From positions 124,001 to 188,000 of the forward strand of contig NIVC01000106.1 of the NCBI GenBank assembly GCA_002269645.1: a DNA stretch of 64,000 nucleotides, written 5' to 3'. A program made the translations under genes and the position numbers. The notes beneath the pieces are model-generated. The model did no database searches, had not been told where the DNA came from, and saw nothing but the letters and a program-made list of their open reading frames with translations. Positions within the stretch are counted from its first letter, which is position 1. Each line of letters begins with the position of its first letter. This DNA comes from Macrostomum lignano. Lineage: Eukaryota. Below are positions 34,708 to 46,700 of this stretch, piece after piece.

Positions 34708-37700
34708 TCAATACTTGCCACCGCGCATGTAGCCGCGCCGGCCGCCCGGCCTGGCGCCGTAGGTGCTCCTAGGCTGGTGCAGCTGCTGCGACATCATCTG
34801 CATGTGCATTTGCATGCTGTGCTGCATCTGCTGCTGCTGATGCGGATGCTGCAGATGCAGAGGATGGCCAAAACCGACAAAACTGAACCCGCCGGAGGCG
34901 GCAGCGCCAGTGTCCGTGAGCAGCGGCTGTTGCTGCTGCTGCTCAACGCCTGTAACTTCCGACAGCTTTTCAAAGTCGTCCACGTGCATCGACGGCGGTC
35001 TGGAGGTGTTCGGCGGTCGAGAACGGAACGCGTCGTTGACACCGCCGCCGCCGCCGCCGCCGCCCCCAGCACCGCCGCCGCCGCCACCGATACCTCCGCC
35101 GCCGACTCCACCGGGTCCGCCACCGCCGCCGCCTCCGCCAGGGCCACCAAAGCCAGTCCGGAGGCTGAACCCGCGACCTCGCATCGGGGCAACGAAGCGA
35201 CGCTGCTGGCTGGTCTCAATGATGGCGTCAAGGCCTTGACGGCGCTGCTTATGCCTCACGGCCTCGTCGTCCGACTGTTGGCCGCCGCTGCCGCGTTCTA
35301 ATTCGTCGATTAAGTTCAACGTTGGGCAGGTGGCTCTGGACAATGGTTAAAGTTTGTTTCGATACATATCGGCAATTTTTTGAGCCACCCTGCATCTAAT
35401 AATTAATATACACACACAAAACTATATTTCGATACATATCGGCTTACTAAACTTAATAATGAACTAACCTAGCCAACTCATCGAGATCGCATCGCAACAT
35501 CTCGGGCTCTAATTCTGATTCGTCCGGAGCAGCTAATCCGAACCAATAATCCGATTGGAGTCGCTCCTCAGCCTCGGCCTGGTTGAACCCGGCGCTGGTG
35601 GTGAACACGGCTCTCTGCTGGAACACCACGGCCAATGGCTGCGGTTCAGGCAGCTCGGGTGGACGAGTCACAGCCGGTTCACCGTCTGGCGCCTGTTCCA
35701 GCATCTGAATTAAACTGTCCATGCTCTCCAATAGGCCTTCTAAACTGGTCTCATCTTTGACGTATTCGCACAGCAGGTGGTGCAGTTCGTACACCGTGTG
35801 CCGCTCCGGTTGAGTCTCGCTAGCCGGGCGCCAATCTAGCATAGTTTTCACTTCGCCAACTGTGACAGCTTGACTGCGCAGCGGCATGGCTTCGCCTTCG
35901 AGTGTTTCGGTTGTAATCATAGCTCGCAGTAGTTCAAGAGTAGTGAGAAGAGTGTTTAGACAGTCCGGGTTTTCTCTAGTAAACGTTTTGTTCACCCGGC
36001 GCATCAGGTTTAGAAATACTTCGCTGGAGTCCGCCACGCATCTGCGGAAGGTTGGTTTGGGTAATAAAAATAATAAAATCTGCTAATCGTCTACTGACAG
36101 TAGAGATGTGGAAATATTGTCGCTATTTCAAAAAAGCTCTAGCTTCTAAATACATTGACGGCCTGTCTTAGTATCCATCTTAGCGCCCTACAGTGTCCCA
36201 GGTGTCTGTCTTAGTGCCTAATTTAGAGTCTACCTGTCTCTCTGCCTGTCTGTCTGCCTATCTGTCTGTCTCAATGTCTGTCTCTTAGCATCTGTCTAAC
36301 TGCCTATCTCAGTGTCTGTCTCAGTGCCTGTCTCATTACCTGTCTCAGTGTCTGTTTTGCCTGTCTGTCCCAGTGTCTGTCTCAGTGTCTGTCTCAGTGT
36401 CTGTCCCAGTGTCTGTCTGAGTGTCTATCCCAGTGTCTATCCCAGTGTCTATCCCAGTGTCTGTCTCAGTGTCTATCCCAGTGTCTGTCTGAGTGTCTGT
36501 CCCAGTGTCTATCCCAGTGTCTGTCTCAGTGTCTATCCCAGTGTCTGTCTCAGTGTCTATCCCAGTGTCTGTCTCAGTGTCTGTCCGAGTGTCTGTCTCA
36601 GTGTCTATCCTAGTGTCTGTCTCAGTGTCTATCCCAGTGTCTGTCTCAGTGTCTATCCCAGTGTCTGTCTCAGTGTCTGTCTGAGTGTCTGTCTCAGTGT
36701 CTATCCCAGTGTCTGTCTCAGTATCTGCCTCAGTGTCTGTCTAGTAGCTGTCACCCGCAGGCCACACAACCGCAATGGGCACTCACTGCTTGACCAGACA
36801 GAAGCCGGCATCGTGTTCGGTGAGCAGCACCAGCACCTTCAGGCACAGGTGCACCGTGGCCAACTCGCTAGTCGGCTCTTTGACGTGACGGAACACGGCC
36901 TCAGCGGCTGAAGCCAGCTGCTCAGATGGCGGGATGCAGTTGGCCAGAGTCTGCCAGGTGATTCGCTGACGGCCGGATTTGGTCAGCGGCATCTCCAGAG
37001 CGATGCTCGGGTCCAGCAGAGACACCAGACAGCCAATCAGCTGCTCCTGACAGCGCATCAGCTGGTCCGGCACCAGGCTGGCTGATAGAAGGCGCTGCGG
37101 ATCGCGGTTTGGGATTTAAAGTTTATTTTCACATTTGGGATTTGAGTACATATTGACAGAGTTGGGATTTGAGTCCATTCTGACAGGATTGGGATTTGAG
37201 TCAATTTTGACACATTTGGGATTTGAGTCAATTTTGACACATTTGGGATTTAAGTCCATTTTGACACATTTGGGATTTGAGTTCATTTTGAGACATTTGA
37301 GATTTGAGTCCATTTTGACACAGTTGGGATTTGAGTCAATTTTGACACATTTGGGATTTGAGTCCATTCTGACACGTTTGGGATTTGAGTCAATTTTGAC
37401 ACATTTGGGATTTGAGTCCATTCTGACACGTTTGGGATTTGAGTCAATTTTGACACATTTGGGATTTGAGTCCCATTTGACAGAATTGGGATTTGAGTCA
37501 ATTTTGACACATTCGGGATTTGAGTTCATTTTTAAACAGTTATGATTTGACTCCATCTTGACGCATTTGGGATTTGAGTTAGAGCTGTCACGAGATCTCG
37601 ACAAGACAAGATTCGAGACAAGATCTCAACATTATTTCTCGTCTTGAGAAATCTCGAATTTTGTCAAGAAATTCGAGACGAGATTCAAGAATTTTTCTGA

Positions 37701-40700
37701 TACCTTTTTTTCAAAAGCTTTTAAGTGATAAGATATAAAAAGGGAGCAAATTTTCATATAAATACAACTGTTTGTTGTAACACGCTTGATAGGGCAATTT
37801 TCAAATGGTAAAATCTAGCCAATGTCAAGCAGTTACTTAACAAATGTCGTTATATAGGGCCTACGAGTTTGCATTGCATATGCGCTCTTTTAGTTATCAT
37901 TTCAGATTTTCAGTTCTGCAGCAAGGTGTATCATAGCAGACTGGAAGACAATCTACATAGGTCTTTTGATGAATTAGTAATAGACATAGTAGGGCCAAGG
38001 GCCTATATGCTACATGCATAAATTCTTATGAATAAATAGCAAAGAATTTAAACTAGAATTAAGAATAAGAAAGTATTTTGGAAAATCTAAAAAATATATT
38101 TTTGAATTGTATCTTATCAAGAAATTTAAGACAAGATAAGGCAAGATAAGAGCAAGACGAGATGCAATTCTGAAATATATTTTTTAGATTTACTTTGTCT
38201 TGTCTCGTCTCGAAATTCTCGACTTATAAGCCTTTCTCGTCTCGAATCTCGTCTCGAATAAAATATCTAATTTTGACAGCTCTAATTTGAGTCAATTTTG
38301 ACACATTTAGAATTTGAGTCCCAATAGAACACAGTTGGGATTTGAGCCCCAATAGGACACATTTCAGATTTGAGTCCATCTTGACACATTTGGGATTTGA
38401 GTCCATTTTGACACATTTGGGATTTGAGTCCATTTTGACACAAGAGTCCAAACCTTGGCGATGATGTAGAAATCCCTAGCACACAAAGGAGCAGGATTAG
38501 CAGCAGCATTGGCAGCAGCATTGGCAGCAGTGAACACTGAGGTCTGCGGCGGCGGCGGCTCCATAGCCAGTCGAAGGAAAGCCAGTTTAACAGATGCTAC
38601 TGACAGTAGGATGTTAAGCCCATTCAGTGCGCGAGTCACTTCACCGGCGTCTGGCTGAGGATCTTTGGCCGCGGGCTCGGACAGCAGGGGCGGCACGATA
38701 ACATTGCCGGCATTGCTTAGAAGCGATTGCGGATGCTGCTGGGGCGGTTGCTGCTTTAGCTGATCCTCCTGGGGATGCGAAGGTTTAGATTGTGCTGTTG
38801 CTAGTGTTAGACACTAGTGTTTATACATACTGTTAGACAGTCAAAAACTGAATTCTATGTTAGATACTGAACGTTTTTATACACCGAATCTCACCTGTTA
38901 GACACTAAATCCCACCTGTTAGACACTAAATCCCACCTGTTAGACACTAAATCCCACCTGTTAGACACTAAATCCCACCTGTTAGACACTAAATCCCACC
39001 TGTTAGACACTAAATCCCACCTGTTAGACACTAAATCCCACCTGTTAGACACTAAATCCCACCTGTTAGACACTAAATCCCACCTGTTAGACACTAAATC
39101 CCACCTGTTAGACACTAAATCCCACCTGTTAGACACTAAATCCCACCTGTTAGACACTAAATCCCACCTGTTAGACACTAAATCCCACCTGTTAGACACT
39201 AAATCCGACCTGTTAGACACTAAATCCCACCTGTTAGACACTAAATCCCACCTGTTAGACACTAAATCCCACCTGTTAGACACTAAATCCCACCTGTTAG
39301 ACACTAAACTCCACCTGTTAGACACTAAATCCCACCTGTTAGACACTAAATCCCACCTGTTAGACACTAAACCCCACCTGTTAGACACTAAATCCCACCT
39401 GTTAGACACTAAATCCCACCTGTTAGACACTAAATCCCACCTGTTAGACACTAAATCCCACCTGTTAGACACTAAATCCCACCTGTTAGACACTAAATCC
39501 CACCTGTTAGACACTAAATCCCACCTGTTAGACACTAAATCCCACCTGTTAGACACTAAATCCCACCTGTTAGACACTAAATCCCACCTGTTAGACACTA
39601 AATCCCACCTGTTAGACACTCTCAGACAGGCACTTAACCAAAGCAACTCTTACCGTCCCAGCCCTGCGCGCCTCCCAGGCAATGAGCAGCCGATCGTACG
39701 GCTCCCAGGCGTCCAGTAGGATTCGAACTCCCAGCTCAGCCAGCATGTTGGCAGCCGGAGCTGATAAATCGCCAATCTGAGAAGCCACCCGACGCAACAC
39801 CTGGCTAACAAAGGGATTTGTTGAGCCGCCAATAAGTCGCAGCAGGTTGCCAATCTGTTTCGACAGGCACAGCATGTGAGCGCTGGCGAGTTTGCGAAGA
39901 TTGACGCAGGCGCTGAGCTCGGATTCTGTTACCTGTAATTTGATTGCGGGATTTTTAGATCAAGAATTTGTGATACTCTTATTGTGTACGTGGGCAGCAC
40001 GTGATTTGAGGATTTCATAGTTTGGGTTTTTTGGGATTTCAGGATGTCGGAGTATGGGATTTGAGAATTGCTAAGCAAAGGATTTGAGGATTTCTGGGCA
40101 TGGGATTTGAGCATTTCTAAAGATGGGGACTGATCAGGATTTCTAAGAATGGTTATCTGAGGATTTCTAAGCATTGACTTGAGGATTTCTAAGCATTGAC
40201 TTGAGGATTTCTAAGCATGGGATCGGAGGATATCCAAGCATGGGATTTGAGCATTTCTAAGCATGGGATTTGAGCATTTCTAAGCATGGGATTTGAGGTT
40301 TTCTAAGAATGGGGTTTGAGGATTTCTGAGCATATGATTTAAGGATTTCTGAGCATGGGATTTGAGAATTTCTAAGCATGGGATTTGAGGATTTCTAAGC
40401 ATGGGATTTGAGGATTTCAAAGCATGGGATTTGAGGGTTTATAAGCATGGGATTTGAGGATTTCTGAGCATGGGATTTAAGGATTTCAGAGCATTGGATC
40501 TGAGGATTTCTAAGCATGGGATTTGAGGATTTCTGAGCATATGATTTAAGGATTTCTGAGCATGGGATTCGAGAATTTCTAAGCATGGGATTTGAGGATT
40601 TCAAAGCATGGGATTTGAGGATTTCTAAGCATGGGATTTGAGGATTTATAAGCATTGGATTTGAGGATTTCTAAGCATGGGATTTGAGGGTTTATAAGCA

Positions 40701-43700
40701 TGGGATTTGAGGATTTCTGAGCATGGGATTTAAGGATTTCAGAGCATTGGATCTGAGGATTTCTAAGCATGGGATTTGAGGATTGCTGAGCATGGGATTT
40801 GAGCATTTCTAAAGATGGGGACTGATCAGGATTTTTAAGAATGGTTATCTGAGGATTTCTAAGCATTGACTTGAGGATTTCTAAGCATGGGATCGGAGGA
40901 TACCCAAGCATGGGATTTGAGCATTTCTAAGCATGGGATTTGAGGATTGCTGAGCATGGGATTTGAGGATTTCTAAGCAGGGATTTGAGAATTTCTGAGC
41001 ATTGGATTTGAGAGTTTTAAAGCTTGGGACTTGATGCTTTCTGAGAAGCTTGAAGATATTGTAAAAAGGGATTAAAATATTTATTAGATCACAAATAAAA
41101 GTCTAGAAAACAGCCTGACCTTGGACCCAGTCCTAATATAGATTGGCAGCGGCAGTGGCAACAGTTCGCCCAGAATAGTCAGGCCGGCCAAGTAATAGCA
41201 AGGCGCTGACACAGTCAACTCCAGTACATGTTTCAACGCTTTAGTCCACTGAGAATCGTCTAGGGCGCGTTCGTGATCACCAGCTGGCGGCAGGGCAGTC
41301 TGACTGAATGCCAGATAGCTGTCAATCACACCAGTGTGAATCTGGGAAATCACCTGGGCGTACAACAGCGGCAAACTAGCCGATGGGAAACTGCAAGCCA
41401 CGGCGAATGCGCGAAATAAGCAATCCAGCATAGTGTAGTTGTTGAACCGCGAGCCCATAGCTTTGATAACGCTCTGCAGTAGCACCGCTATGGTTTGTAT
41501 AGCCGGCTCCAGTGCCAGGAGAGACATCAGGAAATTGTCGTCTAGAAAGTCCGTGCCTTGTTGCCAGGGCAGGGTGAGCTGCGGATGGGGGAGAGTTCAG
41601 CAGCTTATTTTGAATTCTGCTTTTGTCTTGTTAAAAATTAATTAGGGATGAGTGAGTTGAGTGATTGGATAAGGGTGAGATGGAGGCAGGTGAGAGGATG
41701 AGAGGTAAGGGAAGAGTTGGGGAGAGTTGAGAGGGGAGTGAGTTGGGTGAGAGGGAGAGTGAAGAGGGTGAAAGGGAGAGTGAAGGAATGAAAAGGAGAG
41801 TGATAGGGTGAGAGGAAAAGTGAAGTTGGCTGAGAGGGAGGGTGAGAGGGAGGGTGAGAGGAAGAGTGAAGGAGGCTGAGAGGGAGGGTGAGAGGAAGAG
41901 TGGCTGAGAGGGAGGGTGAGAGGGAGGGTGAGAGGGAGGGTGAGAGGAAGAGTGAAGGAGGCTGAGAGGAAGAGTGAAGGAGGCTGAGAGGAAGAGTGAA
42001 GGAGGCTGAGAGGAAGAGTGAAGGTGGCTGAGAGGGAGGGTGAGAGGGAGGGTGAGAGGAAGAGTGAAGGAGGCTGAGAGGAAGAGTGAAGGAGGCTGAG
42101 AGGAAGAGTGAAGGTGGCTGAGAGGGAGGGTGAGAGGGAGGGTGAGAGGAAGAGTGAAGGAGGCTGAGAGGAAGAGTGAAGGAGGCTGAGAGGAAGAGTG
42201 AAGGAGGCTGAGAGGGAGGGTGAAGGAGGCTGAGAGGAAGACTGAAGGAGGCTGAGAGGGAGAGTGAAGGAGGCTGAGAGGCAGAGTGAAGGAGGCTGAG
42301 AGGAAGACTGAAGGAGGCTGAGAAGAAGAGTGAAGGTGGCTGAGAGGGAGGGTGAGAGGGAGAGTGAAAGATGGTTAGAGGTTGATAGGAGGGCGATAAG
42401 GCGACCGATAGCTATAGCAGAGCACAGCACCAGGTGAAGGAGACCTAAGTGTTGGCATATATAAGCAATAAACAAAAAGACACAAAAGCTAACCTGATCA
42501 ACCAGCCTTGTGACAATCCTCACAAGCAGGTTGAGCCCGTCGGCGCTAACCAGCTCAGCCAATGCGTACTGATAGCGCAGCTCGGTGACTCTCGGCTCCA
42601 GCGCGTGCGGACACCACAGCCTGGGAGTCTCTCTGGCCCGGAACGAACCGGGAGCCACCGTTAGAGTTTTCAACAGTCGCAACAGGGTGACCAGGCCTGG
42701 CGGGCAGGGTGAATGGTCCAAGCAGTCTGACCAGGTCTTCAAGCTGGTCAGCAGGGCTGGCAGCTGGTCCAGATTGTATGGCGGCCGGATTGTCTGCCGA
42801 ATGGCCGAATGGTGGTTTGTTTTTTATATTTACAGAGCACTACCGATATGTAGCGTAGCTAATTTAACTTTCGAATTGGATATCGTCATCTGACTGCTAG
42901 TAAATTGGGATCGGGATCACACAGAATTTGAGATAGGGAAACCGGGATCCCACAGGATTTGGGATTGGGAAACCAGGATCCCAAAGGATTTTGTGATCGG
43001 GAAACCAGAATCCCACAGGCTTTGGGGATCGGGATCCCACAGGATTTTGTGATCGGAAAACTGGGACCCCACAGGATTTCAGGATCGGGTTCTCACAGAA
43101 TTTTTTTGGACCAGGATCCCACAGGATTTGGGGATCCGGATCCCACAATGTTTTGGGACCTGGAAACTGAGATCCCACAGGATTTTGGGATCAGGAAAAC
43201 GGGATCACGCAGGATTTGGGGATCCGGATCCTACAAGATTTTGGGATAGGGAATCCGGGATCCCACAGGATTTGGGATCGGAAAACTGGAATCCCACAGG
43301 ATTTTGGGATCGGGAAACCGGGATCTCACAAGATTTTGGGATCGGGTAACCGGCATCCCATAGGATTTGGGATAAGAACAATGGGATCCATCAGGATTTA
43401 GGGATCGGGAAACCGGGATCCCACAGGATTTAGGGATCGGGATCACACAGGACTCTATTACTGGAGACAAAAATCGATTCGATTACTAATTATTACCTTG
43501 AGTGGAGCCAGCCAGTCAGCCAGTTCACTCAATCGGCTACTACTCGCAGACTTTCCACTGCCGCTTCCAGTAGCAGCAGAAGAAGCAGAACCAGCAGACG
43601 TTGTTGCTGTCTGTTGCTGCTGCTGTTGTTGCTGCTTCTTCCGGCCAGCCCCGGCCACCACGGCCAGCAGTCTGTCGCCGCATTTGCCAAACAGGCCGCC

Positions 43701-46700
43701 AACAAATTGGTCACCGTCAGCGTAGCGCAAACACGCGGACAGAATTGACAGGCAGTAGCTGCGAGTTGCGGAGCGGTAGCGTTTCTGCTGCTGCTGCTGC
43801 TGCTGGCGCTGTCTTTTAGCAGAAGACGGCGCATCGGAAGCGCCGGCAGCAACAACGCTAGAGGACTCTAGAAATGGCAGCAATACTAGCATGCTCTCTT
43901 CTGTAAGCAGCAATTCCGCTAGCCAACGACCAGCCTGAGGCGCAGAGGCGGACATGAGATACAGTTCATGCAGACTGGCCACGGCTTCGCTTGCCAACTC
44001 GTCTAGCAGGCCGGCCTGCTGCTGAGCTGGACCAGTCGATGACGAAGGCGACTGCGGCGGCGAAGACGACTTGGCATCGTCAGAGGCGGCGTTGGCGAGC
44101 ATCAGCCGGCGTAGTTTGTGATGCACCAATAGCCGATCAATATGGCCAACAGTGACTAATTTGCAGATCAACTGCAAACCAAGCGCTGACCAATCGGCTG
44201 GCGCTGGCGATTTATTTGCCTCCTCGTCATCGTCTCCGTCATCGTCATTGGACTCCTGCTGGTTCGCCTGCTGCTGCTGCTCTTTGTTGCCATTGTCTTT
44301 GTTATTGTCCGAGTCGGGATTTAGCTCCGGACTTAGGCGGTAGATTATAGCCTGTAGGTAGAGTTTCAGGTGCAAATTTGTGCTTCAGGGTTCAGGACCT
44401 CAGGAGAGGAGCTAGGAAGCTTCAGTGTTGAAAACCTCAGATAAAGCTTCAAGGAACAGGGTTCAGGAACCTCAGGACAAGCTTCAGAGAACAGGGTTCA
44501 GGACCTCAGGACAAGCTTCAGCGAACTGGGTTCAGGACCTCAAAACAAGCTTCAGCGAACAGGGTTCAGGACCTCAGGACAAGCTTCAGCGAACAGGGTT
44601 CAGGACCTCAGGACAAGCTTCAGCGAACAGGGTTCAGGACCTCAGGACAAGCTTCAGCGAACAGGGTTCAGGACCTCAGGACAAGCTTCAGCGAACAGGG
44701 TTCAGGACCTCAGGACAAGCTTCAGAGAACAGGGTTCAGGACATTAGATAAAGCTTCAGAGAACAGGGTTCAGGACATTAGATAAAGCTTCAGAGAACAG
44801 GGTTCAGGACATTAGATAAAGCTTCAGAGAACAGGGTTCAGGACATTAGATAAAGCTTCAGAGAACAGGGTTCAGGACATTAGATAAAGCTTCAGAGAAC
44901 AGGGTTCAGAATGTCATCCTAAAAGTTGTCTAGCAGTAGCAGATCTATAATAAAAATAAAAACTCCACCTGAAGCAGCAGGGGCTGAGCAGCCAGGTACT
45001 GCACTCCGTGATCCAGGCTGAGCAGAGCCTCCAACAGACCGCAAGCGGAGTGCCGGACTCTCTGCAGTCCAGGCCGGGGCCGGGGCTCGCACACGGCGTG
45101 TCGAACGCAGTCCATCAGGCGAACAGAATTGAAGTAATGATACAGATCTGGATAGGGGCTGTAGGGCCGCTGGGTCTGCTCGAAGCACACTCCGGCTGGT
45201 AGGCAACGTCGAGGATGACCGATCGACTGAGGCGCATTCAGATAGGCCAAGCGAATGTCAGCTAGAGCGGACGACAGCCTGTCAGCTATGGCTGACAGCT
45301 CCTTGTCGGCTGCGGCCTGCTTTTGCTGCTGACTGGCTGGTGCTGATGAAGAATCTGCAGCTGGGTTTGCATCGTCTGCCGCTGCTGCTGCTGCTGATGC
45401 GGCCGCTTCGGCTGCTGCACTGCGTTCGGCCTGCGGAGAGGAAGAGTGCAGAAATGGGATTGGCTGAGTAGCTGAGGGATTGGCTGAGTAGCTGAAGGAT
45501 TGGCTGAGTAGCTGAGGGATTGGCTGAGGAGCTGAAGAATCGGCTGAGTAGCTGAGGGATTTGCTGAGCAGCTGTGGGATTGGCTGAGTAGCTGTGGGAT
45601 TTGCTGAGCAGCTGTGGGATTGGCTGAGTAGCTGAGGGATTGGCTGAGTAGCTGAGGGATTGGCTGAGCAGCTGTGGGATTGGCTGAGTAGCTGAGGGAT
45701 TGGCTGAGTAGCTGAAGAATCGGCTGAGTAGCTGAGGGATTGGCTGAGTAGCTGAGGGATTGGCTGAGTAGCTGAAGGATTGGCTGAGTAGCTGAGGGAT
45801 TGGCTGAGTAGCTGAGGGATTTGCTGAGTAGCTAAGGCATTGACTGAGCAGCTGAGGGATCTGGAAGGCTGGCCCGGCAACTGATGATCTGTGGAGAGTG
45901 GCGGTGGCCCCCACCCCTGCCAAGTAGCACGGCACTGACCTGTTTAAACTGGTGAAACAGAGTCCGAAAATCCAACAACGATTCGTACAGATGCAGCTTG
46001 TTCAGCAGGCAGCCCATGGCGGCCACCACTCTGGCCGTGTGCTTCTGGTAAAACATTGCCAACAGTCTTTTGTATGGCGTGTCCAAGTCCATTCTGGCCA
46101 AGCATTTTCGCATATGCGTCAGATCGTCTTCGCCAAGTACGCGCGGCGGTTCGATGTACTTTTTACCTGAATTGGAAAATTTAGGAAAATTAGGAAAGTT
46201 TAACATTTGCCTACTGCAAGTAGGATAGGTGAAAATTGCAAGTAAAATTTAATAAATAGAGACAAACAATGGCTTTAAAAATGAGATACTCTAAAGTAAT
46301 TTTCTATTACTTTGGAAAAAAACTATTGATAAATAACTTAACTACTTACAGTACTCGTACTACATCGTCCAAACTTAATATTAAATTTTACAATAGAAAA
46401 TCTATACTTTCGATACATATCGGCAATTGAAAATTAAAGATAGTTAAAATCTCACCTCCTTCCGATTGTTGCTGCTGGGCGGCAGCGCTAACGGTACTAC
46501 TGCTAGTAGCTGATTCGGACGTCACTCCAAGAAAAGCGTCAGCCCCGGCCGCCAGTCGAACTGAGCTGCTTAGCGCTCGAACAATTAACAATTTAACAGA
46601 CGTGGCCATGTGATCAGCCGATAGCAAATCCAGCAGCCTATGCTGAACAGATTTAGCCAGTAGTCTCGCACTGATTCGCTGATCTAAAGTACACAGCATA

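Noticed and set aside
38890-39654. Idea that the 21-bp array is an amplified exon-intron junction of virilizer
   Set aside because: The coding frame hits a stop before the array. The phase-compatible donor is ACG|GTAAGA at 39654, so the array is wholly intronic.
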